Part shown: one piece after another, positions 37,401-45,040 of the stretch
Position numbering within the stretch: the stretch's first letter is position 1
Layout of the letters: every line of letters starts with the position of its first letter
NCBI GenBank assembly: GCA_963803125.1
Contig: CAWDLR010000003.1
Location: 2,579,548 to 2,643,547 of the forward strand
Source: an uncultured Planctomycetaceae bacterium
GTDB lineage: Bacteria; Planctomycetota; Planctomycetia; Pirellulales; Thermoguttaceae
Direction of reading: 5' to 3'
DNA: 64,000 nucleotides
Translations under genes and position numbers: made by a program
The notes under the pieces: model-generated
The model's input: only the letters and a program-made list of their open reading frames with translations
Database searches by the model: none
What the model was told of the DNA's origin: nothing

Positions 37401-37517
37401 CAATTCGCCTCGTTCCAGACCGACGCCCCCGCCTGCGACAACTGCGGCGCGATCACCGTCCGCAGCGGTAACTGCTACCTGTGTTACAACTGCGGGAGCA
37501 GTATGGGGTGTTCGTAA
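34446..37517 (+). CDS. nrdJ: Class II (adenosylcobalamin-dependent) ribonucleotide reductase
   Basis: Typical NrdJ blocks (FNSPVWFN, ACFIQSV.DNMEDI, FKFGSGTG.DLS.LR, NPCSEY.F.DDSACNLASINL, TISFMMDCDTTGIEPD, ISKTVNMP, GLKA.AIYRDGSK). C-terminal Cys cluster CDNCG..CYLCYNCG. Confidence 0.92.
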   Translation: MDRREHNTGEAVATADQPTTKLSKTVIAGLHVPALFCPDDGGDPFATVQWDLRTAAIKGEGGEVLFEQKDCEMPTSWSQLATNVVANKYFYGEVDTGEREKGVRQLIHRVCRTIADWGTHDGYFASKADGERFYRELAWLCLHQYASFNSPVWFNVGLYHQYGIKGAMCNWHWDQTRGEAIQPQNPYEFPQASACFIQSVGDNMEDIMELARSEAMLFKFGSGTGTDLSTLRSHREKLSGGGRPSGPLSFMRVYDQIAAVVKSGGKTRRAAKMQSIKDWHPDVLEFIECKNREEKKVRTLVEQGYDAQEAYDTVLFQNANLSVRISDEFMRAVEADQPWTTHWVTKPEVAGPTYPAREMFTKMSNSAWCCGDPGVQYDSTINRWHTCPNSGRINASNPCSEYMFVDDSACNLASINLMKFRRDDGTFDHERFVSACRLVFIAQEILVDHASYPTKRIAANSHRFRPIGLGYSNLGSLIMTAGLAYDSAEARGLCGVITALLHGAACYTSTELAAAVGPFDEFEKNREPMLRVMEMHWEKVDQIPACPKSLQEAARDLWDKVLTHGRRLGFRNAQATVLAPTGTISFMMDCDTTGIEPDIALVKYKQLAGGGMLKIVNQEVPLALATLGYDQPEIDAIVAYIDKHDTIEGAAELKPEHLSVFDCAFPPRNGRRSIPWRAHIQMMAAAQPFISGAISKTVNMPRESTPDDVADAYMEGWRLGLKALAIYRDGSKEVQPLSTKSKSDKAAEKLVAAPRRERLPDTRQSITHKFSVSGHEGYITVGLYPDGRPGELFITMAKEGSTIGGLMDCFGTAVSMSLQYGVPLEVYVNKFSHTRFEPMGFTKNPEIKIAKSIVDYIFRWLGVTFLPGFREANKMMPPSPTDLPHAEPGPGDAETEPRPAATMAGGPVAANGSAPSGSGAKAAAQASGNGQAASKQAAKRNGSPAAAAKKDRVGQTFVSAAPVAQPSLTVTTLFEPFGASLSRSEQFASFQTDAPACDNCGAITVRSGNCYLCYNCGSSMGCS
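37301..37325. repeat. Single REP family B unit inside the nrdJ low-complexity linker
   Basis: GGTGGGGCAGACATTCGTGTCTGCC, translated as RVGQTFVSAA. Confidence 0.75.
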
Positions 37518-37520
37518 GAG

Positions 37521-37580
37521 AGGGGTTGGGGGCTGGGGATCAGGGGCCAGGGGCCAGAGGTTAGGGATTGGGGATTGGGA
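37521..37580. repeat. G-tract repeat family K (GGGGTTGGGGGCTGGGGATCAGGGGCCAGGGGCC...GGGATTGGGGATTGGG)
   Basis: At least 5 consecutive G4-5 runs with 2-5 nt loops. Related copies lie at 58872-58915 and, as the complement, at 54975-55005. Confidence 0.75.
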
Positions 37581-37629
37581 CGCCGCCGCGAGGCTGCGGT
37601 CGGTCGGGGCTTCCAGTGTGGAGCGAACA

Positions 37630-39087
37630 ATGGTTGAATTTGACCTGCGATCGGAGGCATTCAGGAGGGCGGTGCTCAACACGGAGAGACGAGCGGAGCG
37701 GCAACTGTACGATGAGAGGCTGGTCAGGTGTTTCGTGCCCAACCGCGTCCTAGAGGAGCTTGACAATAATCAAAATCAACTCCTATTCGGCAGGCGAGGC
37801 GTCGGCAAGACTCATACGCTCAAGGCGTTCTTGGGAAAGAAAGCATCAGGCGGGACACTCTGCCATTATCTCGATTGCACCGCATTTGGCAGCGGACTCG
37901 GCGTGGACGGATCCCGCAGGAACGTAGGGGTCCGCTTCTTCTCCAAGCTTCTCTCCAACCTCGCAGACAGCCTGCTCGATGATGCCACGCTGACGGAGAA
38001 GCCAGACAAAACTCTTCACGACGACCTTCAGAGCATTCTGCTACAATTCTCCGACCTCATCGGTCCGAAGTCCATCGGCGAGACCTTCGATTACTCTGCA
38101 ATTGCCGGTGCGATCTCCCGATTCCTCGATCGACTGCGCACTGATAGACTGATTCTGCTTATAGACGAGTGGGCTCAGATTCCACCGCCGGCACAGCCGT
38201 ATTTTGCCGAGTTCCTTAAGCGTGCGTTCTTCGCCAACGCGCGGGTTACAGTGAAGGTCGGTGTGGTGGATTATGCCTATAGATTAAGCGAACGAATTGG
38301 CGGTCAATTGATCGGTCTTGAGAGGTCGGCCGACATCTTCACCGACATTCGGATGGACCGCTTCTTTGTCTGGGATCAAGATGAGGAATTCGTCGAGCGG
38401 TTCTTCGCAGAGGTCCTGTTCAACCACTTGGTTCTTGAGCTTGATACCGCGCAGGAATGCCAGCCGGATGAGAAGGCGAACATCGTCTCCAACCAACTTT
38501 TTACGCAACGCCGCGTGCTCTCGGAATTGTGTCGTGCGTGCGAGGGCAACGCCAGGGACTTTCTCGTGCTCTTCGGAAAGGCGCACGCGAGGTACCGGCA
38601 GCAGACCGCACATCAGAAGGTCGGACTTGAGGATGTTCATAGCGCAGCAATCGACCTTTATCGCGGTGACAAGTACGCAAACATCTCCACGGAGAAGCCT
38701 CTCGAGGATTTTCTGGAGTATCTCGTGCATTCGATCATTAAGGAAAAGCGAGCGCGGACCTTCATGGTGCCATATCAATCTCGCAACCACCCTTTGCTCG
38801 CGCGCCTCTTTAGTGCCCGAATTCTTCACCCGCTGAACGTGGAGTGGTCACATCCACATGTTCCTGGGGAGCGGTACAGCCTCATCACGATGGACTACGG
38901 AACATACGCCTCGTTCCGCGGCACCAAGAGCGAGCCCGACCAGAAGTTGTTCTGGGGACAAGAAGGTCAAGGGGTTGAGAAGGCTGACGACCTTGTGCCG
39001 TTTGATGACCGGCGGAGCATTCGGCGAATTGTGGTGGAGAAAGATGTTCTGGACAATTTCTCCGGAAGAATGGCCGACGACTGCTAA
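37630..39087 (+). CDS. Orphan AAA+ P-loop ATPase (Orc1/Cdc6-like core plus probable wHTH tail), lower GC
   Basis: GGAG 7 nt upstream of ATG 37630. Walker A GRRGVGKTH. Walker B LILLIDEWAQI. Lid-like EGNARDFLVLFGKA. C-terminal about 130 aa are helix-rich. A hand count gives 30/60 GC at 38281-38340, against 45/60 in nrdJ at 36421-36480. Confidence 0.7.
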   Translation: MVEFDLRSEAFRRAVLNTERRAERQLYDERLVRCFVPNRVLEELDNNQNQLLFGRRGVGKTHTLKAFLGKKASGGTLCHYLDCTAFGSGLGVDGSRRNVGVRFFSKLLSNLADSLLDDATLTEKPDKTLHDDLQSILLQFSDLIGPKSIGETFDYSAIAGAISRFLDRLRTDRLILLIDEWAQIPPPAQPYFAEFLKRAFFANARVTVKVGVVDYAYRLSERIGGQLIGLERSADIFTDIRMDRFFVWDQDEEFVERFFAEVLFNHLVLELDTAQECQPDEKANIVSNQLFTQRRVLSELCRACEGNARDFLVLFGKAHARYRQQTAHQKVGLEDVHSAAIDLYRGDKYANISTEKPLEDFLEYLVHSIIKEKRARTFMVPYQSRNHPLLARLFSARILHPLNVEWSHPHVPGERYSLITMDYGTYASFRGTKSEPDQKLFWGQEGQGVEKADDLVPFDDRRSIRRIVVEKDVLDNFSGRMADDC

Positions 39088-39094
39088 GGACGCA

Positions 39095-39156
39095 CAAAGG
39101 GGATAAGTACAATTTCTGAGGCGGAGAATGATAAGTAATTGGACTTATCCCCTTTG
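39095..39156. repeat. REP family H-like hairpin (AAAGGGGATAAGTACAATT / AATTGGACTTATCCCCTTT) after the ATPase stop
   Basis: Arms at 39095-39114 and 39137-39156. Family members lie at 55136-55214 and 55774-55858. Confidence 0.7.
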
Positions 39157-39311
39157 TTTGCCCCCTTTGTTTGCCTCTGACCCGGACTCCTCCCTTGGGC
39201 GTTCGCCCAGCGGACCACGGCGGTCATGATACCCCTTCCCACGCGGGGACACAAGGAGCATAGGCCGGAGCGGGCCGGAAAACCGTGGCCCGAACGCGGA
39301 ACTACGAACGG

Positions 39312-39431
39312 AGGTTCACTACATTCTGCGGCGTGCCGGCGAGGAAGGCTTTGACGTTCGCCACGGTTACGTTGAGCAGGCGTTCGCGGGCGGCGCGGGT
39401 GGCCCAGGCGACGTGCGGGGTGATGTAGCAG
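39312..39431 (-). pseudogene. Duplicated 3'-terminal fragment of the 2-hydroxyacid dehydrogenase gene
   Basis: 120 nt are visually identical to 40036-40155. The fragment encodes YITPHVAWATRAARERLLNVTVANVKAFLAGTPQNVVNL and has no upstream catalytic part. Confidence 0.75.
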
Positions 39432-39813
39432 CGGGTAGCCCCGGTTCTCGAACCGGGGCGGCTTTGCCGCAAGAGGTGGAGCGGCAACGCCAGCGCGCAT
39501 CGCCTCCCGCATGGCCTCTTGGGCGTTCGCCCACCGGTTCAAGAACCGGTGCCACCCAGCGAGACCGCACGGCGGAGCACCTGTTGCGGAACCTGCTCCG
39601 TCACGCCGCGCGCAATGCGCATCGGAAAAAGGGGTCAGGCGGAAAAAGGGGACATTGTTGATTGTGGCAAACCGGACGACCAATAATCAGTGATGTCCCC
39701 TTTTCCGTCCCGTTCTCAGCGTTCGCAAGGACCGCTTCGAGCTCGCGCCTCACATACCGCAACTAGTGTAGTGTCTCACACAGATCGTGCTTTATGAACA
39801 AGAGACAGAAACA

Positions 39814-39891
39814 GGTGGGGCAGACATTCCTGTCTGCCCTAGATGTTCCCACTTGCCTGGTTCCTGGGCAGACAGGAATGTCTGCCCCACC
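39814..39891. repeat. REP family B pair
   Basis: Arms at 39814-39839 and 39866-39891. Confidence 0.85.
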
Positions 39892-40025
39892 TGTCGCCAT
39901 TTTATAAGTTAACCCAATTACGAGACACTACACTAGTCTACCGTAGCGCTCATAATACCCCTTCTGTTGCGGGGACACAAGCAGCACGGGCCACCGACGT
40001 GGAAGACTGCCACGCGACGGCAGCA

Positions 40026-41033
40026 CTACGAAGCGAGGTTCACTACATTCTGCGGCGTGCCGGCGAGGAAGGCTTTGACGTTCGCCACGGTTACGTTGAG
40101 CAGGCGTTCGCGGGCGGCGCGGGTGGCCCAGGCGACGTGCGGGGTGATGTAGCAGTTGGGGGCGGTTAGCAACGGGTGATCGGCCGGCGGCGGCTCGTCG
40201 TCGGAGAGCACGTCGAGGCCGGCGCCGGCGATTTGGCCATCATGCAGCGCTGCGGCCAACGCCGGCTCGTCAACCAGCGGCCCACGGCTGGTGTTGATCA
40301 GATAGGCCGATCGCTTCATCATTGCCAACCGCTCGGCATTTACCAGATTCTGCGTCTCCGGCGTCAAGGGGCAATGCAGGCTGACAACGTCGCTTTGGCG
40401 GAAGAGATCGTCGAGAGCGACCAGTTGCACGGCTGTTGGCGGGAAGGGGACAGTCCCATTTTCGCTGGCGCGAAAACTGGAACAGTCCCCGGTAATCAGC
40501 TTGTCGGACGCCAGCACCTTCATTCCCATCGCCAGGGCGACCTGGGCCGTCGCCCGGCCGATGCGGCCGAAGCCGACTATTCCCATTGTCAAGCCGGCCA
40601 CTTCGACCAGCGGGAAATCCCAATAGCAGAAATCGGGGCTGCGGCTCCAACGCCCTTCGGCCACGCCGCGAGCGTGCTCGGCGACGTGGAGCGTGAGGTT
40701 TAGCAGGTGGGCAAAGACCATCTGCACGACCGACGGCGTGGCATAGTCGGGCACATTACAGACGACGATCCCCCGCTGCCGCGCGGCGGCGACGTCGACG
40801 ATGTTGTAGCCCGTGGCCGTCACGGCGATGCACTTCAGCCGCGGCAGCCGGGCAATAGTCTCTCGCGAAAGCTGGACCTTGTTGGTCACCAGGATGTCGG
40901 CCTCGGCCGCGCGCGATACCAACTCTGCAGGCGACATCCTGTCGTAGATCGTACACGAGCCGAGGGCCTCCAGGGCGGCCCAGCTCAGGTCACCGGGATT
41001 GAGGGCATAGCCATCGAGAACGACGATTCGCAT
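40026..41033 (-). CDS. D-isomer-specific 2-hydroxyacid dehydrogenase (glycerate dehydrogenase/hydroxypyruvate reductase family)
   Basis: GGAGGAGG upstream of ATG 41033. NAD fold GIVGFGRIGRATAQVA. Also HCPLTPET..L, INTSRG.LVDE.AL, G.DV...EP and TPHVAW. Confidence 0.85.
   Translation of the reverse strand: MRIVVLDGYALNPGDLSWAALEALGSCTIYDRMSPAELVSRAAEADILVTNKVQLSRETIARLPRLKCIAVTATGYNIVDVAAARQRGIVVCNVPDYATPSVVQMVFAHLLNLTLHVAEHARGVAEGRWSRSPDFCYWDFPLVEVAGLTMGIVGFGRIGRATAQVALAMGMKVLASDKLITGDCSSFRASENGTVPFPPTAVQLVALDDLFRQSDVVSLHCPLTPETQNLVNAERLAMMKRSAYLINTSRGPLVDEPALAAALHDGQIAGAGLDVLSDDEPPPADHPLLTAPNCYITPHVAWATRAARERLLNVTVANVKAFLAGTPQNVVNLAS
40447..40490. repeat. REP family G unit inside the dehydrogenase gene
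   Basis: Translated in frame as ..CSSFRASENGTVPFP.. Confidence 0.75.
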
Positions 41034-41186
41034 GGACAAATGGGAACCTCCTCCACCCCCTCCACGGCCTTGGTTTGGGGGTGCTTGTGAGATTTTCTTT
41101 AGCGTACCCCTTGGGCAGCTCCCGCACAAGTGGTACAATAAAACGACACTTGTTGGAACTGCTCCGTAAGCAAGACTAGAGAAGCC

Positions 41187-41351
41187 ATGAACAAGACAGA
41201 ATCAGACGCCAAGCTGGCGAAAGTGAAATTGGCGTTGGCCGAGAAGTGCGAGCGGCTGGCGAAGCTATCCACCAGCACGCCGAAACGCAACACAATGCTG
41301 TACCAGGCGGCCCGATTTCGCCGGCAAGCGGCCGATTTGACCCGACAATAG
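41187..41351 (+). CDS. Possible small helical protein (54 aa)
   Basis: ATG..TAG ORF below the ORF-track cutoff (MNKTESDAKLAKVKLALAEKCERLAKLSTSTPKRNTMLYQAARFRRQAADLTRQ). It ends 6 nt before the yqgE-like start. No other support. Confidence 0.3.
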   Translation: MNKTESDAKLAKVKLALAEKCERLAKLSTSTPKRNTMLYQAARFRRQAADLTRQ

Positions 41352-41357
41352 CGGACT

Positions 41358-41909
41358 ATGGAATCGCTGGAAGGCCACCTGCTGGTCGCGGCGCCCCAAC
41401 TGCTCGACCCGAACTTCGCTCGCTGCCTGGTATTGCTGGTCGAGCACAACCAGGAGGGGGCGTTCGGCGTGATCGTCAACCGGCCGGTGGGCAAGACCTT
41501 GCAAGAGTTGTGGCGCGAGGTGGGCAGCGCGCCGTGCCACAGCCGGCAGCCGATCTACCTCGGCGGCCCCGTGCCCGGCCCGTTGCTTTCGCTGCACACG
41601 CAGCGCGAGCTGGCCGAAACCGAGCCGGTGCCCGGCGTCTACTTCGCCGCGAAGAAGCAGCACCTCGACAAACTGGTGCTCAACGAAGAGCCGGCGTACA
41701 AGATTTTCATCGGCCATGCCGGCTGGGGGGCGGGACAACTCGAGAACGAACTGAAGCAGGGTGATTGGCGGACGCTGCCCGCCACGGCCGAACACATCTT
41801 CTCCACCGCCGACGACCTGTGGGAGAACGTGCTGCGGCAGATCGGCCACGAAATGCTCAAGTCGATTCTCAAGCTGGACGAACTTCCGCCCGATCCGACG
41901 CTGAACTGA
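41358..41909 (+). CDS. YqgE/AlgH-family (UPF0301) protein
   Basis: LEGHLLVAAPQLLDPNFARCLVLLVEHNQEGAFGVIVNRP...GGPV...GHAGWGAGQLE.E...W. Confidence 0.85.
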   Translation: MESLEGHLLVAAPQLLDPNFARCLVLLVEHNQEGAFGVIVNRPVGKTLQELWREVGSAPCHSRQPIYLGGPVPGPLLSLHTQRELAETEPVPGVYFAAKKQHLDKLVLNEEPAYKIFIGHAGWGAGQLENELKQGDWRTLPATAEHIFSTADDLWENVLRQIGHEMLKSILKLDELPPDPTLN

Positions 41910-41930
41910 CTTTTCTGCCGGGGAGAGCCG

Positions 41931-43406
41931 ATGGGAACGATGCGATTCTCCGTCTTTCCTCCCGAACGCATCACGGCCGAGACGGTCCAGCAGGCGTATT
42001 TGGCGGGAATCGACCGCGTCTCATGGCCGGCGCGGACGAGCGTGGAAGGCGGTGAGTTGGTCCTTCAGCGTTCGGTCTCCGACTCGGCCAACCTGCACGT
42101 TCCCTGGTGGGTCGGGGGGCAGGGTGTGTTGACGCTCTCTTCGCCCAGTCTGATCGAGCGTGCCGAGCCATATCGCCTGCCGTTGGAGCTGGCCCGCGGC
42201 ACGGTCGTGCAGGTGCGGAATCAACTCAGCGACTGGCAGGCGATCGGGCTGGTCGTGCCCGAGGCGGTACACGCCAAGTTGGCGGCGGCGGTCGAGCGGC
42301 TCTCCTGGGCGGCGGTCGAGCAGGCGGACGCCGCAGTTTCGGCCGCCCGTGCCGAAGAGTCGCTCCGCGCGGCGCTCGAGGCGGCCAACCTGCTGGCGGC
42401 GGCCTACGCCGAGCAGGCGATTGTCGCCCGCCGCCGCAACGACGGGCCGCCTTTCGCCTTGCTTGCCGGAGACCTGACCACGACGCTGCTGGACGATCAG
42501 ATCGCGCGGCAGTTTCTCCGCACGTTCAATGCCGCCGAATTGCCCATCTGTTCGCGCGAGACGGAGACCACCGAAGGGCACATGACCTGGGTGGTCAACG
42601 ACAAGCAGGTGGAATGGTGCCGCAAGCACGGGCTGAAGATCCTCGCCGGCCCGCTTTTGCTGCTCGCTCCACAGTCGCTGCCCGACTGGCTCTCGCTGTT
42701 TGAAGACGACTTCGAAAGCGTGCTGGAATGCGCCTCGGCCTTCATCCGCACGGCCGTGGAGCGGTATCGCGGCAAGGTCGATTATTGGATCTGCGCCGGG
42801 CGGGTCAATGCCGCGGGGGTGTTGCCGCTTTCCGATCAGAAACGGCTGCGGCTGGCGGTGCAGGCCGTGGAACTCGTCCGTTCCTTAGATCCGGACACGC
42901 CGGCGCTGATCTCCTTCGACCAGCCCTGGGCCGAATACATGCTGCAACAGCACTCCGATTTTCCTACGCTGCAATTTGCCGACGCGCTGGTCCGGGGTGG
43001 ACTGGACCTGGGTGGGCTGATGATGGAAATCAACGTCAGCCGCCAGCCGGGCGGAACCTCGCCGCGGCAAGTGCTGGAATTCAGTCGGCAATTGGACGAA
43101 TGGGCAAAGCTGGGGCTGCCGCTGTGGCTGTCGGTCTCGGCCCCCAGCGACGAGCACGACGATCCCCTGGCGCAGCGGCGGGCGGCGATGTCGCCCGGCG
43201 GATGGACCCCGCTGGCGCAGCAGCGCTGGGCGGCGCGGTTCGTGCCGCTGGCCTTGGCCAAACCGCCGCTGCACGGCGTGATCTGGAATCAACTCTGCGA
43301 CGGCAAGCCGCACGATTTCCCCCACGCCGGCCTGTTCGACGCCGATGCCCACGCCAAGCCGGTCCTCCGCACGCTGGCGGCAATCCGCAAGACGCACTTG
43401 ACGTAG
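41931..43406 (+). CDS. Conserved hypothetical protein (possible TIM-barrel glycosidase-like)
   Basis: 491-aa ORF with coding-like composition, no signal peptide and no motif I can assign confidently. Confidence 0.5.
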   Translation: MGTMRFSVFPPERITAETVQQAYLAGIDRVSWPARTSVEGGELVLQRSVSDSANLHVPWWVGGQGVLTLSSPSLIERAEPYRLPLELARGTVVQVRNQLSDWQAIGLVVPEAVHAKLAAAVERLSWAAVEQADAAVSAARAEESLRAALEAANLLAAAYAEQAIVARRRNDGPPFALLAGDLTTTLLDDQIARQFLRTFNAAELPICSRETETTEGHMTWVVNDKQVEWCRKHGLKILAGPLLLLAPQSLPDWLSLFEDDFESVLECASAFIRTAVERYRGKVDYWICAGRVNAAGVLPLSDQKRLRLAVQAVELVRSLDPDTPALISFDQPWAEYMLQQHSDFPTLQFADALVRGGLDLGGLMMEINVSRQPGGTSPRQVLEFSRQLDEWAKLGLPLWLSVSAPSDEHDDPLAQRRAAMSPGGWTPLAQQRWAARFVPLALAKPPLHGVIWNQLCDGKPHDFPHAGLFDADAHAKPVLRTLAAIRKTHLT

Positions 43407-43440
43407 GCGGCGGAACTTATTGACCCGCGCAGTTCACTAT

Positions 43441-43513
43441 TGTACGAGGCGACTCCTGTCGCCGATATTGCGATTTTTTCCCCGCTGATCGGCGACAGGA
43501 GTCGCCTCCTACA
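43441..43513. repeat. REP family D pair
   Basis: Arms at 43441-43466 and 43488-43513. Confidence 0.85.
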
Positions 43514-43531
43514 ATACCGTGCTCGATCCAT

Positions 43532-44842
43532 TCACGCCGCTTCGCCGAGCAATGCCTGCTTATGCCGCGGCCCGCGCTCGTGCCATAGAAGCCAGGCGGC
43601 AAAGAGCACAACGCCTAAGGGGAGGAGGATTTTGCCGGCGGGAAACACCAGGCGGACGACCGCCTCAAGGTCGCCGGAAGCGAACATCGCCAGCGTCGCC
43701 CAGGCCGTCACGGTCAGCCAACGAGCACGTTTCTCGTCAAAACTGACGATCACCGCCCAACTGGCCGCGGGGGCGATGATGCCGTAGGTGAGCTGTTCGC
43801 TGCCCGGCCCGAAGAACAACTGCCACGAGGCCCAGATCGAGAAGATCAGCAGCAGCAGGCGGCTCGCTGCGCCTTTCTGAAAAGGGTGGGGCAGACATTC
43901 TTGTCTGCCTCGGGCAACCCCGGGGCTTGGGCAAACAAGAATATCTGCCCCACCGGAGGCGATCTTCAGTCGCCGATATTGCCGCCAACACCAGTAGAGC
44001 ACGCCGCCGGCCGCGATCAATCGCAGCGCCATGTATACATGATGCTGGCACGGCGAAGCGAGCGATCGCCGCATGCCCGTGGGAGAGAGCGCTGCCCAAA
44101 TTGTCCATGCGTCGCGGTATCCGGGCCAGGTGTTCTTAAGGAGGGGTCCCGTCAGCGCGTTGTACCATTCGCAGTATTGCCACTTGACCATGCCGGGCGG
44201 CCGCGTCAGAAATGGAACCAGCGCCAGCACCGCGCAAACCACCGCAAAACGCCAGCCCAGTTGCCGCGGCCAAAACACCAGCAACAGCATTACAATCGCC
44301 AGCGGCCAGACCTTGATGAAGACCGCTACCGCCAACAGCGTCGCCGCCCACCACCACCGCTGCCGCACGATCGCCGCCAATGCCAACATGATCGTGGCAA
44401 TGACGATGGCGTTGCTCTGCGCCGACCAGATGCCCACGATCGAGCCGGGCAGCGCCAGCATCAAAAACAGGCCCTCGCGCTCCGGCGGCCACTCGCCAGG
44501 CAATACGTCGCGGGCGAAAACGTGCAGGGCCCAAACCAGCAGAAGGATGCTGGCAACGTCCCAGACCATCGTTCCCAGTCGCGGGGGTAGGTAAGCCAGC
44601 GGCGTGAAGGCGACGGCAAACGTCGGCGAGTAACGATAGCCGTCGATATGCTCCGTCGCCCAATAGTTGGCATAGAGCGACTTGTCGGCCCACCAGTGGT
44701 GCGAGCCGGCGGCGAATTGCGGAAAGACCGACCGCGGCTGCGCCGACACGGCCGCCTTCACACACACCGCCACGGCCAAACAGGCCCAGAGCGTTACCGC
44801 TCGGCGCAGATGTTTATTGGTGAGCAGGCGGGAAGATGTCAT
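43532..44842 (-). CDS. Polytopic membrane glycosyltransferase-like protein (DUF2029/GT87-like)
   Basis: About 10 predicted TM segments. N-proximal loop WWADKSLYANYW..DGYRYSPTFAVAFTPLAYLP resembles the DUF2029 signature. Contains an in-frame REP family B insert. Confidence 0.5.
   Translation of the reverse strand: MTSSRLLTNKHLRRAVTLWACLAVAVCVKAAVSAQPRSVFPQFAAGSHHWWADKSLYANYWATEHIDGYRYSPTFAVAFTPLAYLPPRLGTMVWDVASILLLVWALHVFARDVLPGEWPPEREGLFLMLALPGSIVGIWSAQSNAIVIATIMLALAAIVRQRWWWAATLLAVAVFIKVWPLAIVMLLLVFWPRQLGWRFAVVCAVLALVPFLTRPPGMVKWQYCEWYNALTGPLLKNTWPGYRDAWTIWAALSPTGMRRSLASPCQHHVYMALRLIAAGGVLYWCWRQYRRLKIASGGADILVCPSPGVARGRQECLPHPFQKGAASRLLLLIFSIWASWQLFFGPGSEQLTYGIIAPAASWAVIVSFDEKRARWLTVTAWATLAMFASGDLEAVVRLVFPAGKILLPLGVVLFAAWLLWHERGPRHKQALLGEAA
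43885..43954. repeat. REP family B pair inside the DUF2029-like gene
   Basis: Arms at 43885-43909 and 43929-43954. Translated as ..GGADILVCPSPGVARGRQECLPHP.. Confidence 0.8.
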
Positions 44843-45040
44843 CGTCGCTTCGCCGGCAATGAGCAGATTGTCTAACCAGACAGGGGGGGAGTGTAGGGAA
44901 AGCCGCCGCTTCGGTCAAGGTCAGTTGCCGCAAGGGCAGCGCCGGGTGTGAGCGTCTTGATTGTGGGTGGAAAATCGTGTACACCAGCCACTTCGCAAGG
45001 AGGTTTACCTATTTTCCACCGAATCAAGGAGGGGTGAGTT

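Noticed and set aside
34673-37766. 932-aa alternative-frame ORF (34673-37471, +) and 717-aa antisense ORF (35613-37766, -) within nrdJ
   Set aside because: nrdJ is recognisable along its full length. These ORFs are Arg/Gly/Pro-rich shadows typical of high-GC genes.
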